Source of the DNA: a bacterium | Lineage (GTDB): Bacteria; Patescibacteriota; Minisyncoccia; Minisyncoccales; CG1-02-41-26 | NCBI GenBank assembly: GCA_030619905.1 | Contig: JAUXAO010000001.1 | Coordinates: 119,051 to 183,050 of the forward strand | Length of the DNA: 64,000 bases | Reading direction: 5' to 3' | In this document: one piece after another, positions 62,749-64,000 of the stretch | How the letters are laid out: each line of letters opens with the position of its first letter | Numbering within the stretch: position 1 is the stretch's first letter | Notes under the pieces: model-generated | The model's database searches: none | The model's input: the letters and a program-made list of their open reading frames with translations, nothing else | What the model was told of the DNA's origin: nothing | Position numbers and translations under genes: made by a program

Positions 62749-64000
62749 ATGGAGGGCAAAAAAGAACAATTTATTTCTCTTAAAAAAGCAGCCGAGGTCT
62801 CAGGTTACTCCCCTGATTATCTTGGCTATTTGATTCGGACAAAGAAAATAAAGGGAAAAAAGATTTACAATAACATTTCTTGGCAAACCACTCTGGAAGA
62901 AATAATCAAATACTCTAAAAAGATTAAGAAAAATCTTAATATTCAAACTCCTTATTTTTCGAAAAAGAAATACATCTCCTTAAAGAAAGCAGCCAAGCTT
63001 TCAGGATACTCTTCTGATTATCTTGGTGATTTAATAAGAAAAGAAAAGATAAAAGGGAAAAAGATTTATTCCGGGATTTGTTGGTTGACTAGCGAAGAGG
63101 CTATTAAAAAACATCAGGAAAAGAAAACCCGTGTTCAAGGCCAGAAGGAGATTACCTTCAATTTTTCTCCTTACCTTAATCTAATTATTCCTCAGAGAGG
63201 TAATAGAATTTTTGGCTTTAGCTGGCGTCTAGCTGTAGCTACTTTTGTTATTTTATTTCTGATTACAGGATCTACTCCAGTAAAATTTCTCCAGAGTTCA
63301 ATCGGAACTATTTTTGCCGAAGAGGAAAAAGTAATTAATTTTTATTCAGCGGTTTCTACTGGCGATTGGCAAAACACAGAAAATGTTCAAAGTTTACCAG
63401 AAGTAGAATCTTTAGGAACCATAGATTCATTCTCTAAATCAAACTCAGCAGTTTATGAAGGAGGAGCTTTAGTCCTTATAGCCGAGAATTTTCAACCAAA
63501 TTCCGATACTAACTTAGATGAAAAACAAATAGAATCTGCCAAGATAAAAATTTCTTTTGCCATTAAAGAAAAAGAACCAGATATTTTAATTCAGCAACAA
63601 GAGACAAGCGACCAGCAACAAGAGACAGGCAATGGGGAAATTGGTCTTTGGAATAAGATTAAAAATTTCTTCAGAGCTTCAGTAATCAGGACAGTTAATT
63701 TAGTTAAAGCTTCCTTAATTAAAATAGTTTCTATAGTTAGAGCTGAAGATAGTATTCCGCCAATAGACACTAATATTGAGCTAATGAACACTAACGGAGA
63801 AGAGACGGGAGGCGAGGGGCAAGAGACAAGCGAAACAGAAGAAACAGAAGAAACGGAAGAAATAGAAGAAATAGAAGAAGAACCTGAGGAAGAGGAATTT
63901 GAGGAAGGAGAACAGGAAGAGGAAGAAACTGAGGAAACTGAAGAAACTGAGGAAGCTGGGCAAGAGGCAAGTGACCAGCAACAAGAGACAAGCGACGAGG
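62749..64000 (+). CDS. Large membrane-anchored protein with two N-terminal tandem HTH repeats and acidic repeat regions; continues beyond the window
   Basis: My own translation from ATG 62749; open to the window end, so absent from the track. Two 67-aa-spaced repeats ISLKKAA(E/K)(V/L)SGYS(P/S)DYLG.LIR..KIKGKKIY, a TM helix WRLAVATFVILFLITG, an ectodomain, then QQQETSD and E/T-rich repeats. Confidence 0.8.
   Translation, partial: MEGKKEQFISLKKAAEVSGYSPDYLGYLIRTKKIKGKKIYNNISWQTTLEEIIKYSKKIKKNLNIQTPYFSKKKYISLKKAAKLSGYSSDYLGDLIRKEKIKGKKIYSGICWLTSEEAIKKHQEKKTRVQGQKEITFNFSPYLNLIIPQRGNRIFGFSWRLAVATFVILFLITGSTPVKFLQSSIGTIFAEEEKVINFYSAVSTGDWQNTENVQSLPEVESLGTIDSFSKSNSAVYEGGALVLIAENFQPNSDTNLDEKQIESAKIKISFAIKEKEPDILIQQQETSDQQQETGNGEIGLWNKIKNFFRASVIRTVNLVKASLIKIVSIVRAEDSIPPIDTNIELMNTNGEETGGEGQETSETEETEETEEIEEIEEEPEEEEFEEGEQEEEETEETEETEEAGQEASDQQQETSDE
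63592..63633 (+). repeat. 21-nt tandem coding repeat (cagcaacaagagacaagcgac x2); a third copy is at 63976..63996
   Basis: Read directly from the sequence; encodes QQQETSD/QQQETGN. E/T-rich 9-nt periodic repeats (gaaacagaa type) lie at about 63830-63960. Confidence 0.8.

Noticed and set aside
1180-63991. Many 60-180-aa antisense or out-of-frame ORFs in the track (for example 1180..1413, 2545..2836, 4414..4704, 6580..6888, 13832..14377, 21841..22254, 27550..27801, 37444..37821, 38133..38498, 39226..39561, 63591..63991)
   Set aside because: Each lies entirely inside a longer ORF with clear family motifs. Their products are low-complexity shadows (F/L/S/I-rich), as expected from antisense reading of AT-rich K/E-rich genes.
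63592-64000. Possible CRISPR array, suggested by short repeated units
   Set aside because: The repeats are 21-nt and 9-nt tandem units with no spacers, in frame within a long ORF encoding QQQETSD / ETEE repeats. No cas genes are present. No CRISPR-like repeat-spacer architecture occurs anywhere in the window.

Overview
AT-rich, gene-dense (about 90% coding) chromosomal window. It looks like a small-genome Patescibacteria/CPR-type bacterium; that placement is inferred from gene content and protein style, not from a marker-gene search. Standard genetic code: TGA ends conserved genes (yidD, ruvC) at normal length. The window covers the replication-origin neighbourhood (dnaN-dnaA <> rpmH-rnpA-yidD-yidC-jag) plus housekeeping genes: rsmA, tsaE, yebC, ruvC, PBP1A, holA, rpsT, a Mur ligase, rtcB, glmS and tRNA-Arg(CCG). 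The main accessory content is a type-IV-secretion-like apparatus split into two loci on either side of the origin. Locus 1 (2.0-10.5 kb) has a VirB6/TrbL-like channel protein and three VirB2-type pilin modules fused to large ectodomains. Locus 2 (25.0-32.1 kb, minus strand) has PrgI/VirB3-like and VirB4 genes, a small membrane protein and three cysteine-cluster proteins. A five-member family of secreted or anchored Cys-cluster proteins spans both loci, and no relaxase, coupling protein or integrase is present. Other notable content:
- an 8.4 kb signal-transduction island with no DNA-binding output;
- a divergent Elp3 / Trm9-like tRNA-modification pair;
- two free-standing LAGLIDADG genes and one HNH gene;
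- EndoQ and PolX repair genes;
- a cluster of membrane-tethered excisionase-type HTH proteins with paralogous promoters.
All family calls rest on motif recognition in the supplied translations. No database search was run.
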